A DNA stretch of 64,000 nucleotides from the human T2T-CHM13v2.0 reference genome, Homo sapiens (GCF_009914755.1 NC_060930.1), one strand, 5' to 3'; shown: positions 1 through 13,339, counted from the first letter of the stretch. Program-made: numbers and translations. The notes: generated by a model from the sequence alone, not told the origin.

Positions 1-58
1 AACAGTGGGCCCTTCGTTTTCATTTTGTGCTGGGCGCTGAAAATTATATAGCCAACTC
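1..58 (+). mobile_element. 3' end of MER45-like hAT DNA transposon
   Basis: GGGCCC..TTTTCATTTTGTGCTGGGC..AAATTATATAGCC resembles the MER45A terminus as I recall it. Confidence 0.45.
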
Positions 59-1129
59 TCAACACAGGCATGGGCACAGTCATTGGTATTCTCTTCTATA
101 TTGTTTTTCAGCCTAGGAGCCTTTCTGCGAACAAAATTCAAGGGATATAAATAGATCAAAACCCTCCCTCCCAGCATGGGCCCTGGGGGCTCCTCTAGCC
201 ATCCCCAGCTGGGAGGTAGGCCCTGTACACAGCAGGAGTGGGGCTGCCCACCGCCAGTTCTGCTCCTTGCCCCAGGGTGTGGAATTTGAGCCCCACCATG
301 GGAGCCTGCCTCTGGGTCAGACATTGTTTCTGGAGCCCCCTCTGTGAAGGTACACATGGCCACCAGGAGGTGGTAGCAGGTTAACCCTTATCAGAGAAAC
401 AGTGGTCCTCTAGACCCCAGCAGGCACTCCCGAGGGGCTGAACCCAGGCACCAGGAAGGTCCTAAAGGGAGGTAGAGCGAGAGGCGGCCTTCGGGCTATG
501 ATCTCCCCTCCTCTCCCACCCACCTGCCTCTTAGCCCGCTGGTGCCTGAACTCCCACCATCCCTGCTCTCCTGTGTGGATGGGCCCTCACTGCACTCCAT
601 CCTCCATGAGGAATCCTGCATTCAACCTCACTAGTCATGTGCTCCCCATGGTGAAGGAGCTTGTCTGAGCTGAGTTTGATACAGGAGGACAGAGGACACC
701 TGGGGTGAGGATAGGGCACAGGAAGGAGCAGCTGTAGATGTGGATGATGAATTTCCTGCTTTCGTGCTAGGCCTGGTGGGTACAGGGTTCGAGGGGCCCC
801 AGTGGGGGCACCAGGGAGCTCTGCCTGCCTTGTGCTTCTGCCGGCTGACCCTGATAGGAACCAAGATCCTCCAAATCTGTACAAACCAGACAAATAAACT
901 TCCCCACACCCTGATTGCCTCTGCAGCCACGTCCTGCCCAAGCATGACTGAGCAGTAACCCCACGTAGTGGAGAAAGCCCGCTCAGTGTAATTCCAAATG
1001 GCTGTGGTGTTAAGCCCTGGAAATCCGGGCTAAGGCTGGGAAATCCAGCCGCCTGCTCACCAGAGTGGCACAGACAGCTTCACTCTGTGACAGCACCTGA
1101 ACCCTGGGGGAACGGGTGCAGCTGAGCAT

Positions 1130-1682
1130 GTGCAAGTGCGTGTGTGCATACATGCATGCCTGCTCACACACACATCAATATACACGTACGTACCTGCATT
1201 GACACATACACCTGACCTCACAGCTGCACATTTGCATCTGACTCAGCTGGGCTCTCTCTCTCTCTCTCTCACACACACACAAACACACACACACACACAC
1301 CTCTTCACACATGGGTACACACATATACATAGACACAAATGTACTCACACATCTACACACATCCACCTGCACACACTCACTAACATTTGCACTCACACAT
1401 CTGCACACTTGTGTGCACAAACACTCCTGGGCACATATGCTCAGCCTACACATCCATACACACACCAGCAGCTACATACCCTTCAGCACACCCATCAACC
1501 CATCCCCGCTTAATCTGCATGCACATGGGCACACACCTGTGCACACACACCACACATGCACCACTGAGCATGTACATGCACAGAAAGGCACACACACGTC
1601 TATACACACACACCTCTGTAGGCACACCACAACTCCTGACAACAGCCACACCCCGCTTGATCTACATGCAAACACACACACT
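1130..1682. repeat. Degenerate (CA)n-rich tract with (CT)n(CA)n microsatellite at ~1253-1300
   Basis: Directly visible low-complexity CA/CAT sequence; UG-rich on the GRM4 sense strand. Confidence 0.9.
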
Positions 1683-2952
1683 TAGCAGCCAGACCTGCAG
1701 CTTGCACTGGGGCATCTTGCAGCTCGGCATGACATGGCCCAGACACAGCCCCAGGTTGCCTGAGTCTCTAAGAAGCCTGGTAGTCTGAACCGCAGGAACT
1801 TCAGAACACATCTCCTCCACCGCCTCCCGTTCAGAGGCCCAGAGTGGGAGAGGTGTATGTCCCATGTCCTAGGCCACCAGGGAGAGAGCACACTGGTGTG
1901 AGGCCAGCCTGTCGTATGACCTGGGACAAGTCCCTGTCCCTCTCTGGGCCTATGAACTGATCATCTCAGGGACTCCCTTCATAATCAGGGCTGGCTGGGG
2001 GAGCCTCCTAAAAAGGCAGGAATCAGAGGCTGGTAGGTCACCTGCAGAGATTGAAAGGGTAGGGAGGCTGAGTTGGGGGGCTGGGTTGCAACATCTGGAG
2101 ACTGGAGAGCCTGATATCCTGGGATGACAGGGACCCCACTGGGGAGTGGGCTGCTGGCAGGCAGCCAGGGGGAAATATGGCAAGGTGGAGGGAGGGGCTT
2201 AACCATCACGTGTGGGCCTCCCAGCCAGGTACCTTTACTCCCTGAGGAGGTGTGGGAAGGGGCCTCCTGGTATTGTTGAGGGTAATTTCTCAAGCTGCCA
2301 GTTTCCTGGGGTATGGGATGGCCTCCCTGCTGGCTCCATGGGGCCCATGAGCATTGAGAGGCGTGAGGGCCTCTGCCTGCACCTGCGCTCAGCAGGGAGG
2401 GTCTCCCACAGCAGGCCTGGTGGAGGCCAGAGACCCAGCTCACAGCATGGGCCGGGCGCCATGGCTGCACCAGGGCTGCTTGGCTCAGGCTTGCAAGGTG
2501 GGATCCCCCTGCTGAAGCAGACCCAGTCTCAGATCTCAGATCTTAGGACACTCACTGCCAGCCCCAAGGTCTGCCTCTTAGGGCCCCCACAGGGCCCCCA
2601 TTGGAAGATGACCCTTGAGGAGCTGTTGGAAAAGAGGTGGGCACCTACCAAGGAAGTCCCAGGGCATGAGGTATCCCAGAGCTGCAGGGGGGAAGGGTGT
2701 GCTGGGGATGGGGGGGTGCTCCTAAGTTAGACAAAGTGGGGTCAAGTCCAGCTGTGCCACCAAGGCAAGTCACTCCCCCTCTCTGTGCCCCTGAGTCCTC
2801 ATCTGTAAGCAGGGGATGATGAGACCTCACCAGCTGCCATGGGGCCAAACGGCCGTTAGGTAAACTGTCTCCACATGACGAGCACCCCATCCCATGGCTG
2901 CCTCACTGAAAACTAGGCAACCCTGGGAGCTCAGACTGGCGCTCACAGCTCG

Positions 2953-3338
2953 CTCTTTCTTTCTCTCTCTTTCTTTCTCTTTCTCTCTCTCTCTCTCTTT
3001 CTCTTTCTTTCTCTCTCCCTCTCTCTCTCTTTATTTCTTTTCTTTTCTTTTTCATGAGATAGACTGTCACTCTGTCACCCTGGCTGGAGTGCAGTGTCAC
3101 AATCTCAGCTCACTGCAACCTCCGTCTCCCAAGTTCAAGCATTTCTCCTGCCTCAGCCTCCTGAATAGCTTGGACTACAAGCATAAGCCACCATGCCTGG
3201 CTACGTTTTTGTATTTTTGCTAGAGACAGGGTTTCACCATGTTGGTCAGGCTGGTCTCGAACTCCTGACCTCAAGTGATCCACCCGCCTCAGCCTCCCAA
3301 AGTGCTGGGATTATAGGCATGAGCCACCACACCCAGCC
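2953..3338 (-). mobile_element. Alu (S-type, antisense to + strand) with expanded (CT/TTTC)n tail
   Basis: Reverse Alu motifs: GCTGGAGTGCAGTG, CCTGCCTCAGCCTCC, CCCAAAGTGCTGGGATTATAGGCATGAGCCACC. Confidence 0.95.
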
Positions 3339-3359
3339 TTGGGCTCACAGCTCTAGATG

Positions 3360-3950
3360 CCAGGCTCAGGCTGACAACTCCTCAGATATGTCTCCAGCCC
3401 AGAACTTGCCCCTGAACTCCAGACTCCTATATTCAACCACTGACTTGGCAGCTGCATTTGGACGTCTAATGAGCATCCCAAACTTAGCATGTCCAAAGGA
3501 CCCCTTCTCCTGCCCCTCCCAGGCTCCTCTCATTGTCTGCTCTTCCTTAGCATGGGAAACTCCTTCCTTCCTGATTGCTCAGGCCTCAAAGCATGGTGTC
3601 CTCCTTGACTCGACTGTCTCCTCGTCTCCCACCCAACGTGCCATCCATTGGAAACCTGACCAGCCAGTCTCCAGACAGGCCCAGACTCCCCCACTCCCCA
3701 CTGCATCTGCTGGGGACACCCTCTCCTGCAGAGCATGACAGTGACCTTCTCACAGCTGCTCTTGGCAGCCAGAGGGTCCTTTTCAACCTACATCAGATAG
3801 CACCCTCACCTGCTCAGAAGCCTGCAGCGGCCTCTCTTCTCACTCATGGTAAAAGCCAATGTCATTGCCACCATCTGGCCTGTCACCTCTCTGATCTCGT
3901 TCCCCACTCCTCTGGCTTCCTCAGCTCCACACTCCTTACAGTGTATTAAC
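3360..3950 (+). mobile_element. Old L2 LINE fragment
   Basis: L2-like motifs (CCCTGAACTCCAGACTC, CTTAGCATGTCCAAA, CTCCTTGACTC); boundaries approximate. Confidence 0.55.
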
Positions 3951-4389
3951 TGTTTGTGCACCCACTGTGTCATGTGATTGTGACAATACCTGGAAAGACT
4001 GCAGGGAAAGGGACATGGTCCCAATTTACTGATGAAGAAACTGAGGCCAGGGAGGCCAACTGGCTTGCCCAGATCCCACACTTATACATGGCACTCAGAC
4101 CAAGACCTGGGTCCTTGGTGCACCTTGATGCCCTGCCTTCAGTGACTCCCAGTACTTCCAGATAACACCCCCGAGTCACCCAGCCAGCACCAGGACTGGG
4201 ATGTGGGCCGAGCATACAGGTCTCTTGGGGTGTGCCCAGGTCCTCGGACCAAGCCAACAGGAGGCAGAGGTAGCCACTCTGCAACTCCAGCCAAGGGAAG
4301 GAAAGGCCCTCTGCCAGCCCCTAGCCTTTAGGCTTCCAGGGCAGCTTGGGGCTGGGGAGAGAAGCGGGATCCCATGGGGATCTTGTGAG

Positions 4390-4798
4390 GGGTAGATGGA
4401 GGAGGGAGAAGAGAGGAGTGAACCAAAAGGAAGACAGGGTTGAGCAGGGAGAGAGGTAAGAGAAAGGAGTCTAGAAAAGAATGAAGAGTGAAGGAGGGTA
4501 CAGCGCTCCAGGCTTATGGAGGGGGGAAGGGGTGAGAGAATAGGAGGAGGAAAGAATGAAAGGAGATGGGGTAAGGGCAGCAGGGATGGAGAGACAGGGA
4601 GAAAGAGGAGGAGGGGGGAAGGAGAACAGGGGGAGGATGGAAAGAGGGAGTAAAGTGGGGCTGAAGGAGACAAAAGGAGGAGAGAAAAAAGGAGAGATGA
4701 GACAGAGAGAAAGGGGGAGAGAGAAGAGGGAGAGGGGCAAAAACAGAGAAAGAGGAGAGAAAACCCAGAACCCAGAGAGAAAACTTGCAGCTGGGAGA
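4390..4798. repeat. GA-rich polypurine/polypyrimidine tract
   Basis: About 400 bp almost entirely G/A on the + strand (CU-rich on the pre-mRNA). Confidence 0.9.
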
Positions 4799-4893
4799 GA
4801 AGGCAGAATGAGGCATGAAAGAAGGCAGAATGAGGCATGAAAGAAGGCAGAATGAGGCATGAAAGAAGGCAGAATGAGGCAAGAAAGAAGGCA
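4799..4893. repeat. 22-bp minisatellite (GAAGGCAGAATGAGGCATGAAA) x4.3
   Basis: Copies start at 4799, 4821, 4843 and 4865 (one substitution), with a partial copy at 4887. Confidence 0.95.
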
Positions 4894-4990
4894 TTTCTGG
4901 AGCAGGGGGGAGGCCAGCCAGCCTCAGGAGGCTGCCCCTTGCTCACTGCCCTCACCTACCCACCGTCCACCCCCGGCCCCCACCACTCAC

Positions 4991-5926
4991 CTTGTCGGCC
5001 GACTGCGAGGTGCCAAAGAAGATGGGGATGAAGGCCAGCCAGACGATGCAAGTGGTGTACATGGTGAAGCCAATGGGCTTGGCCTCATTGAAGGTCTCGG
5101 GCACGCCGCGTGTCTTGATGGCATACACGGTGCACGTGACCATGAGCAGCATGCTGTAGCCCAGCAGGCAGATGAGCGACAGGTCCGAGATGTCACACTT
5201 GAGCACACCCCTGGCGAAGCGGGGGTCGAGTGTCCGCTGGTCCTGGAAGTCCACCACCGAGTGGGAGGGGTCCACCACAAACCACACACAGATGCCCAGC
5301 AGCTGCAGCGAGATGAGGCTGAAGGTGATGGCCAGCTGTGAGGCGGGGCTGATGAAGCGTGGGGCACTGACCGAGCGCTTGCCCTGCTCGAAGATGCGGT
5401 AGATGCGGTTGGTCTTGGTGAGCAGGGCTGCATAGCTGATGCTCATCCCTAGTCCCAGGAAGATTCGGCGCAGCGAGCAGGTGCCAAGGTCGGGCTCAGC
5501 GATCATGAGGAAGGTGGTGGCATAGCACAGGAAGATGCCTGCCAGCAGCACGTAGCTCAGTTCACGGCCCGAGGCCTTGACGATGGGCGTGTCGTTGTAG
5601 CGCACAAAGGTGATCACCACGAACAACGTGGCAGCGATGCCCACCACGGCCAGGAAGAGGGGCAGCACGGCCCAGGGCGAGCCCCACTCAAGCTTGATGA
5701 TGGGGATGGGCCGGCAGCCCGTGCGGTTCTCTGTGGGCCGCATGTCATAGGGACACGTCTTACAGGTGTAGCGGTCCACCTGGTACTGGTACCCTGTGCA
5801 AGGCTCGCAGTGCCAGCAGCAAGGCATGCCCTTCACTGTCTTCTTCCGCTCACCCGGTTGGCAGGGCAGGCTGCAGATGGAGCGGGGCAGCTGCTGCCCG
5901 CTCCCCGGCCAGTGCATCCGCTCTAT
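4991..5926 (-). CDS. GRM4: mGluR4 coding exon (exon 9, 936 nt; cysteine-rich domain + TM1-TM6)
   Basis: Acceptor ttgccag|ATA GAG, donor GAC AAG|gtgagt; [22 protein letters not shown]...CCWHCEPC...[11 protein letters not shown], with the 9-Cys domain and 7TM motifs ([23 protein letters not shown]); phase 0 to 0. Confidence 0.98.
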
Positions 5927-6290
5927 CTGGCAATGACAGCACCGTAAAGCAGGCCTCAGAACATGCCACCCGGTGCCCCGGACCATCCTACTGGGTGGTG
6001 GCACCTTGTAGCCCCACACTCAAATCACCCAGCTAGTTGGCTAAAAGTCCAGCTGCCCGGACCCCACAGGGACTTACTGAATCTAACAGCTGGAGTTAAA
6101 AAAGGTCTCCGGCATAACTCAGACATAATTGACCTACAGGGAATCCTGACTGAACCCGAAACTCTCAAGACTCATATGAAGAAACTGAGCCCAGAAAGCA
6201 GTAGTGACAACCTAGAGTCACAGGAAACAACAGTGCAGAGCAAAGAGAACTCAAGAGTCCTGACTCTTAGCCCCTAAGGCCTTGCTGCTC

Positions 6291-6443
6291 ACAGTGGTCC
6301 CCAGGGCGGCAGCAGCAGCCTCACCCAGGAGCTTGTTGGAAAGGCAAATTCCAGCCCCATCCCAGACCTACTAACTCAGAATCTGAGTTTCAGCAAGACC
6401 CCCAGATGATTCCTGTGCACACTGGAGTGGAAGATGTGCTGCC
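6291..6443. mobile_element. MER5A-like hAT-Charlie DNA transposon
   Basis: CAGTGGT..CAGCAGCAGCCTCACC..GAGCTTGTT..CCCAGACCTACT..TCAGAATCT..CAAGACCCCCAGATGATT. Confidence 0.7.
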
Positions 6444-6905
6444 CTACGGCCCAGCCCAAGGCACCTCTGCCAAACAGCAGAGAGTTGGATTCAGCAGAGA
6501 GCTGAACAAAGGTTTAATCAGAGGATGCTTAATGTGTGCTCAGGGGTTAGCATTTCTTTACATCTTGCTCTAAATTAGTGCTACCCACAGTTACACGTCC
6601 CTGAAGACACAATGGCTGTGAGCAATAGAGCCACACGAGTGTTGTCACACCCTACTGAATATGTTACAATATTCTGGAAAGTGAGAGTCCCAAAAGAGTC
6701 TCAGGCATCAGGCAAAGGGACTTGACTACACCTGGGAGCTGTATTCAAAGCGACTGTTCTAAATAAAGTGTCTCTTAGGAAGTGCTCACTCTCAGAGCAC
6801 AGCAAGCCTGGCTAGACTGGTGCATTTGCACTGGGTGCTACCTCCTGATAAAGTGTAACTAGCTGGTTGGGGGGTGTGGGGAGGGCTTTAGAATAAAGGA
6901 AAAGG

Positions 6906-7200
6906 GGCCAGGCATGGTAGCTCAGGTCTGTAATCCCAGCACTTTGGGAGGGCAAGGCGGGAGGATCATGAGGTCAAGAGATCGAGACCAGCCTGGCCAA
7001 CATGGTGAAACCCCGTCTCTACTGAAAATACAAAAATTAGCTGGGTGTGGTGGCGTGCACCTATAATCCTAGCTACTCAGGAGGCTGAGGCAAGAGAATG
7101 GCTTGAACCCAGGAGGTAGAGGTTTCAGTGAGCCAAGATCATGCCACTGCGCTCCAGCCTGACGACAGAGCAAGATTCCGTCTCAAAAAAAAAAAAAAAA
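6906..7200 (+). mobile_element. Full-length AluS with target-site duplication
   Basis: GGCCAGGC start, poly(A) tail, TSD GAATAAAGGAAA(A)GG at 6891-6905 and 7201-7214, L1-endonuclease-type TT/AGAA site. Confidence 0.97.
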
Positions 7201-9498
7201 GAATAAAGGAAAGGGGTAAGGTGGGTAAGTAGGGATGCCTCGTGGCAAGGTAGGAAGAAAACCTCAAGGTAGAAGGTTGTCCTGTGGCTCTGGGCATGAC
7301 AGGATGTGGATTAACTCAGAAGCCAAAGCGCACAGAGCAAGGACAAGTGCAACCTGTCCTGCAGGAATTTGGAGGCGAGACGGTCCCTGTGGACTGCAGC
7401 TGTGCAACTGCAGGGGAAAGACCCTTCCCCAGAGGACACGGGGCGATGGTGAGTGTTCCGGAAAACTCTGTGATTCAGATGGAAAGAGCAGTGACTGAGG
7501 TCAAGTCCTGGGATCACAATTCTGTTGCTACCTGGCTGTGCGTCCTTGAGCAAATGGCTTCTCCTCTCTGAGCCTTTGTTTTCTCATCTGAACCAATGAA
7601 AGCAGATATGAAGCCACTTTGCCCTTTGTTACTTGGAGTGACCTCCATTTAGAAGTCATAATGGATATACTTTTTAATATTTCACTAGAACGTCAGCTCC
7701 ATGAGGGCAGAGGCATTGTGTTAACTTCCCTGCTGTGTCTCCAGCCCTCAGCACAGGCTGGCACATAGTAGAGGCCCAGCAGGTCTCTGTGGAATCTATG
7801 AAAGAATAACTACACAGGCAAGAAGGTCCAGGGTACCAGTGATGCGACGCCGCCACACCCTGAGACCCTGGAGGAGGACAGTAGCCAGGTAGGTGGTTAC
7901 AGGTACCTTGCTTGCTCTGTGGCCTTCACAGCACAGCCCAAACTGAGCCACTCACGGAGAAAGTGGGGAAGGTTGATGGTTAAAGTCCAACCCCATCTCA
8001 CCTCCCCCCCACCACCTCAGCTCTGTCCGGGCCTTACAGGTGAGGAGGACTAAGAGGGCATTGTGAGCTGCATCAGAATGGGCCATGAAGACGGTCTGGC
8101 CGGTGGAGGGGCCTTGTATTCCTGGGGAGGGGACTTTCAGGGGAAGGGCCCACTGCCGCTCACACATGCCCAGTCCCTGCCACCTTCAGTTAGGACATCT
8201 GGAAAATGGGGATAACTGCCTGCCTCACAGAGCTGTCATCTTCACAGCAAGGGGACGTGCTTAGAGTAGCAGCTCGGACACAGCAGGTATTCAGTAAGTG
8301 CTAGCTGCTGCGGCTAGTGAGTTGCAGTCCCCGGCCCCCGTGCTCTGCCCACTGCACCAAAACAAAACGGGCACATCGACTTGGTGTTATCCCACTTTGC
8401 CAAGTGCTCCTCACACCCTGTTGTGCCCATCGCTCTCCACCCAGCAATCCAAGGAGCCTCATTTAGGAACAGGCTGTTCCTGCCACAAGGTGTGGCCTTT
8501 AGGAGAGTCCTTCTGCCTCCCCAGGGCTGGGTTTCCTGGGAGATTTCCTCTGACTTAGAAGATAAGGTTGGGCTAAATAAGACTGCAGGCCAAGAGTACT
8601 TTGAAGAGCAGAGCACGAGGGGTTCCTCGCTGGAAGAGATTATGACAAGAGGAGACAGCAGGGCCTCGATGCAGCACCCACGGGATCCCAGGACAAGGAG
8701 AGTGGAGGCCAGATGAGGACCTGTCTCTGAGTCTCTCCAGTCTATCCACGGGGTCACAGTGGGCCCACCCCGGTTATGGCTCACCCCTTCCCCTTGCAAG
8801 GTAGAGACCAAGTCCACAAGCACTTTGTTGAGGAACAAACCAAAGGTCCTTTCTCTCCGAAAACACTGCTCTGTTTCACAGCTGGGATACTGAGGGCCAG
8901 AGAGGGAAAGTCACCACATCCGTGGGACATTCCATGAGCTAGGAAAGCGTGGCTAGGAGGACCCAGAAAAATGGCTGCCTTCTATCGTGCTTTGATGGGG
9001 CTGGGGAACTGGCAACTGGCTCACTACCCACCAGTCAGTGGCACAAATCCCACCGTTCAACCTGGGTCCTTTGCCTTAAGACTTCCTCCTTTGTCCAAAT
9101 GCAGCCCTCCCCCTCCTCACCTTATTCCCCCATGCCCCCCCCATCACCCCCCACTTGCCCACCCAAAAAGCCTTTGAGCCATTTCACACTGGTGTGAATT
9201 CTTCTATCCAGAGTCCCCCCATCCCCTCCTCAGTGGGTAGCAGGCAAGAAGGCCCCAGGCTAAGGGAGGGGGCAGGGACCAGAATGGCAGCAGAACTCCG
9301 ACTGCCCTGTCTTCCATTTCAGGGTGGGGGCCTCAGAGCCGCTGAGGTCTGGGAGAGGGCACTGGGAAGGAAGCCCCAGCCTGGCAGCAGCGGTCCTGGA
9401 GGTCAGGGCTAATCAGCAGCAGCCTCCCCTTGGGCCCCCCTCCCAGGGGCTGGAACTGCGTGAGTCACTCTCCACCCACTCCCTGCCCTCCCACTTAC

Positions 9499-9635
9499 TC
9501 TAAGGTGCAGGTGGTCAGTCCAGGAGCCAATGACCTTGTACTCGGCAGAGTCGTTGCGCAGCTGGTATTGGTAGATGTCATAGCGCCCAGGCGCATCTCC
9601 ATTCTCATTGAAGGTCACAGGGTTCCCTGCGATGC
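9499..9635 (-). CDS. GRM4: mGluR4 coding exon (exon 8, 137 nt)
   Basis: Acceptor ccttacag|GC ATC, donor AGA|gtaagt; [46 protein letters not shown]; phase 1 to 0. Confidence 0.97.
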
Positions 9636-9868
9636 CTGTAAGGGTGGGCGGGTGTCTTTGCAGAGCCTTTACCCAGAGGCAGGGCGGATGATGAGCCTGG
9701 GGCAGAGACCTCTCTGACACACCCATTCATGGAACATTCTGGGAGATTTCACCTCTTGGAAACATCAGGAGAGGCCTCCCATTCCCACCCCACAGAGCCT
9801 AAGGGCCCCTCCCCTCGGGCATGGCCCAGGATACCCAGGGTCAGGCACAGTCCGCACCACACCCCCAC

Positions 9869-10069
9869 CTGAGAAGTTGACGTTTCGGATGTACTTAAGC
9901 AGCTGGGTGCCATCTACAGGGTCCATGCGCGGGCAGAGCCCCACGCGGCCGGGACACAGGTCACGGTGCATGGCGTGCAGCGCGTGGCCCATGGCGTACA
10001 CGGCATCGATCACAAACTGCACCTTCCCCTCCTGCTCATAAGCTGAATCCTGCCCAATTCGCTCACGGT
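9869..10069 (-). CDS. GRM4: mGluR4 coding exon (exon 7, 201 nt; contains K405)
   Basis: Acceptor cattgcag|AC CGT, donor TCA G|gtgggg; [67 protein letters not shown]; phase 1 to 1. Confidence 0.97.
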
Positions 10070-11291
10070 CTGCAATGAAACACCAGGAACAGGGACACTC
10101 GTGAGGCCCACTGTCCTCACAGTGGTGTCATGGGGGCCAGACCACCCTCTGGCCACCTGGAGAAGTGGCACGGCCCATCTGTGCATGGCCAGGCCTCCTG
10201 ACTCCCAGCCCAGTGCTCTATCACCCAGGAGATGGCCCTGTGGAGGTGCCTGGAGACAGGCCCATGGGTGTAATGGGAGGGTCCACCGGCCTGGACACCG
10301 TACCACTGATGCCTGTGCCACCCAAGGTCCCAGAATATCCAGGGCAGACTACCTTGTCACCTTTCACCATGGAAGGCAGTGTCCCAGAGGTCTCCCTGTG
10401 GCTGTGGCCCTTGTTGCCTTCCCCCAAGCCTGGCCTGGGATAATCTTGAGAGCAGCTGCCCCTCTCGAAGTCTGGGAAACAGCCAGGACAGGGGCTATGT
10501 CCATCAATGAGGGGAGTGTCCTTAAAGCCACTCACCCATGGGCAGTTGCTCCAGCCAGAGGATGTTGCCCTCACCCCAGGGTATGGGTAGGGAAACTGAG
10601 GCCCAGAGAGGCTGAAAGACTGCCCTCAATGGTTTCTAGTCACCCTAAATACCAGAAGTCACCATTGCCCCATCCATCCCTCTTCTACCTCAGGGACAAC
10701 CCTCTTGTCCCCCAGTGGCAAGGATAAGTGAACTTTGCAAACTGAGAAACCCATCCCCATGGGCTTCTCACTGCTAATTGCAATGACTCCCCAAGGCACC
10801 GTGACCTGGGGTCTGACCTCCCATCCTCCTCCCCTCCCCTCCGTGTCCACTGACCTCTGCTCTGGGGCCCTGTGCAGCCTCCTTGGTTGTCCACGTCAGC
10901 AAAAAGGGGATCATGATCCCACCTCACAGAGCTGCCATGAGGCTTCCATGAGATAAGGTACCGAAAACACTTGGCAGCCAGCAGATGGCTCGTCCACAGT
11001 GTCCTATGTGCTAAGTGGGCAGAACAGGGGCTTCCAAGAGGGCTATGGAGGTCCCTGGGCTGGAGCAGGTGGGACGACTTTGTGGAGGGGAAGGTGGTTC
11101 TTGGCCTGGGCCCTGGGTAATCATGATATTAGATAACATATTGAGTAACAACAATAACATTAAGTAAGTAACTTCCACCAGTACTTGCTATGTGTCAGGC
11201 ATTGTACGGAACTCTTGATGTATATTCACTCATTGATTTCTCACAACAATGCTATGGTGTAATCACCTCCATTGTAGAGATGAAGAAACTA

Positions 11292-11590
<299 letters not shown>

Positions 11591-13339
11591 AGAAACTGAA
11601 GCCCTGAGCACAGAAAAGCTCAGTAACATTCCACGACTATGAAAAGCTGATGTGAACCCAGGTACTCCAACTCCAACCCTGAGCACCACACTCTGCCACA
11701 CAGGGATGCAGGTGGGCAGGAATGTGGGGAGGGGACCAGGGATCTGAAGTGAGGACATGGCAGGAGGATGGCTGGGAGGAGGAAGGGGGAGGATGGGCAG
11801 AGATAGGGAAGCCTGGATTCCCCTCCTAAGACCACAGCCCTTGCATACAGCATGGCCTTCTTCCTCAAGGACAGGACGAGGAAATTACTCCTCCTATCAT
11901 TCTACTCCTAGCCCGTGCCTCTCAGCTAGAGGGCACATGCCACACTGCACAGAGGCAATTCCCCAGAGGGCAGCAGGGTGCACACCTGCACCTGTGTCCT
12001 GCCCCCATAGGCCAGGGTTAAGCTGGGTCCACATGAGGCAGTGATTCCCCGGGGACTCCAGAGGTCACTGTGTCCAGCCCCCTGCCTTGGACACCCTGAA
12101 GGCAGACCCAGGGTGCAGGGGATCTCACTGCCTCTCCCTGAGGCAGTACCCTCTAATCCCCTCACACCCTCTAATCCTGGCCACACCAGTGGCCACACCC
12201 ACACAAGGATGTGGGGATGGGGGATAGCTGGCCTGGTCGCTCATTAACCCTGCCAGCCAGAACCACATCCCATTTTCAGCCTTCCTCAGGGTAGGTACTC
12301 AGATATTGCTGAGTGGACAGTAGAAACCATAGAACCACAACACTAGCGACACCAGGACCACGGGGGTCATCTGCCCCCGCTGCCATTTTAAAGACAAGAA
12401 AACTGAGGCTGGTGGGAAAGCCCAGGTCACACAGCCAAGGGCGACAGGATGGGCACTTCCAGCTTCTAGACCCCACCCCTGCTCCATCCCAGGCTGCATT
12501 TGACTTGGGTCGTGTCTGCTAGCTTTGCTAACCAGCAACACTTTTTCCAGGCCAAGGCACAAACAGACAGGATGAACACAAAAGACAGCTTCACCATCCT
12601 GCCTTGTCCGAGGCCTCTGATCACAAGGTCACGAGGGCCTAGGGAGAAATGGAATGGACGATCCCATCCCCAAAGGACATAGAGAAGGCTGGGACAGTGT
12701 CGCCTGGAAAGACCCTCCCTGGACCCACACTTGCTCCCCGCAGGCCCCTAGGCCCTTCCCTCTCCAGCCTGAAGAAGCATAAAACACTACTTGACTCCCC
12801 CACAGCTCCCATCACACCCTCATCTCATATGGATGAGAGACTAAATTATTAACCAGGGATGGAGTGGGAGGCTACGGCCGCTGCAGAGAGAAGGCAGCTC
12901 TCTCTCAAGGCCAAGGACGCACCCAGCCATGGGAGGCTAGCTGGATCTCTGGGGAAACACACCTCCCCCAGGAGGCTGGCCTCAGCCTCTCCTCAGAGGC
13001 TCCCGCTGAAGCATCCACTCCTGGGCCACTTGGGCTCGGGGCCAAGTGCTCTCTCTGGGGTCACGAAGCCATCAGTATGGATGCTAGTGTGGATATCCCG
13101 CAGGAGCCCCCTCACCAGGGTAACCTGCCTCCACCCAGGGCAGCTCTGGGGGAAGGGCTCCAGAGTGCTAGGCCTCGGGTGCTGCCCTTACAGAGCATCC
13201 ATCCCAGTGCTGTCACAGCAGCGTGGACTTCTAGCAACTTCTCAGCTCCCTGTGGCCTCCTGGACTTTTGTCTCAAGTCTACCCCCAGTAGCATATGGAA
13301 AGACTGGGGTGCAGTGAAGTGACCAGACCATGAGGATGC

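Noticed and set aside
4952-6019. 355-aa ORF as a stand-alone single-exon GPCR
   Set aside because: It is exon 9 with intronic overhangs; the start is non-ATG, TM7 is missing, and canonical splice sites bound the homologous part.
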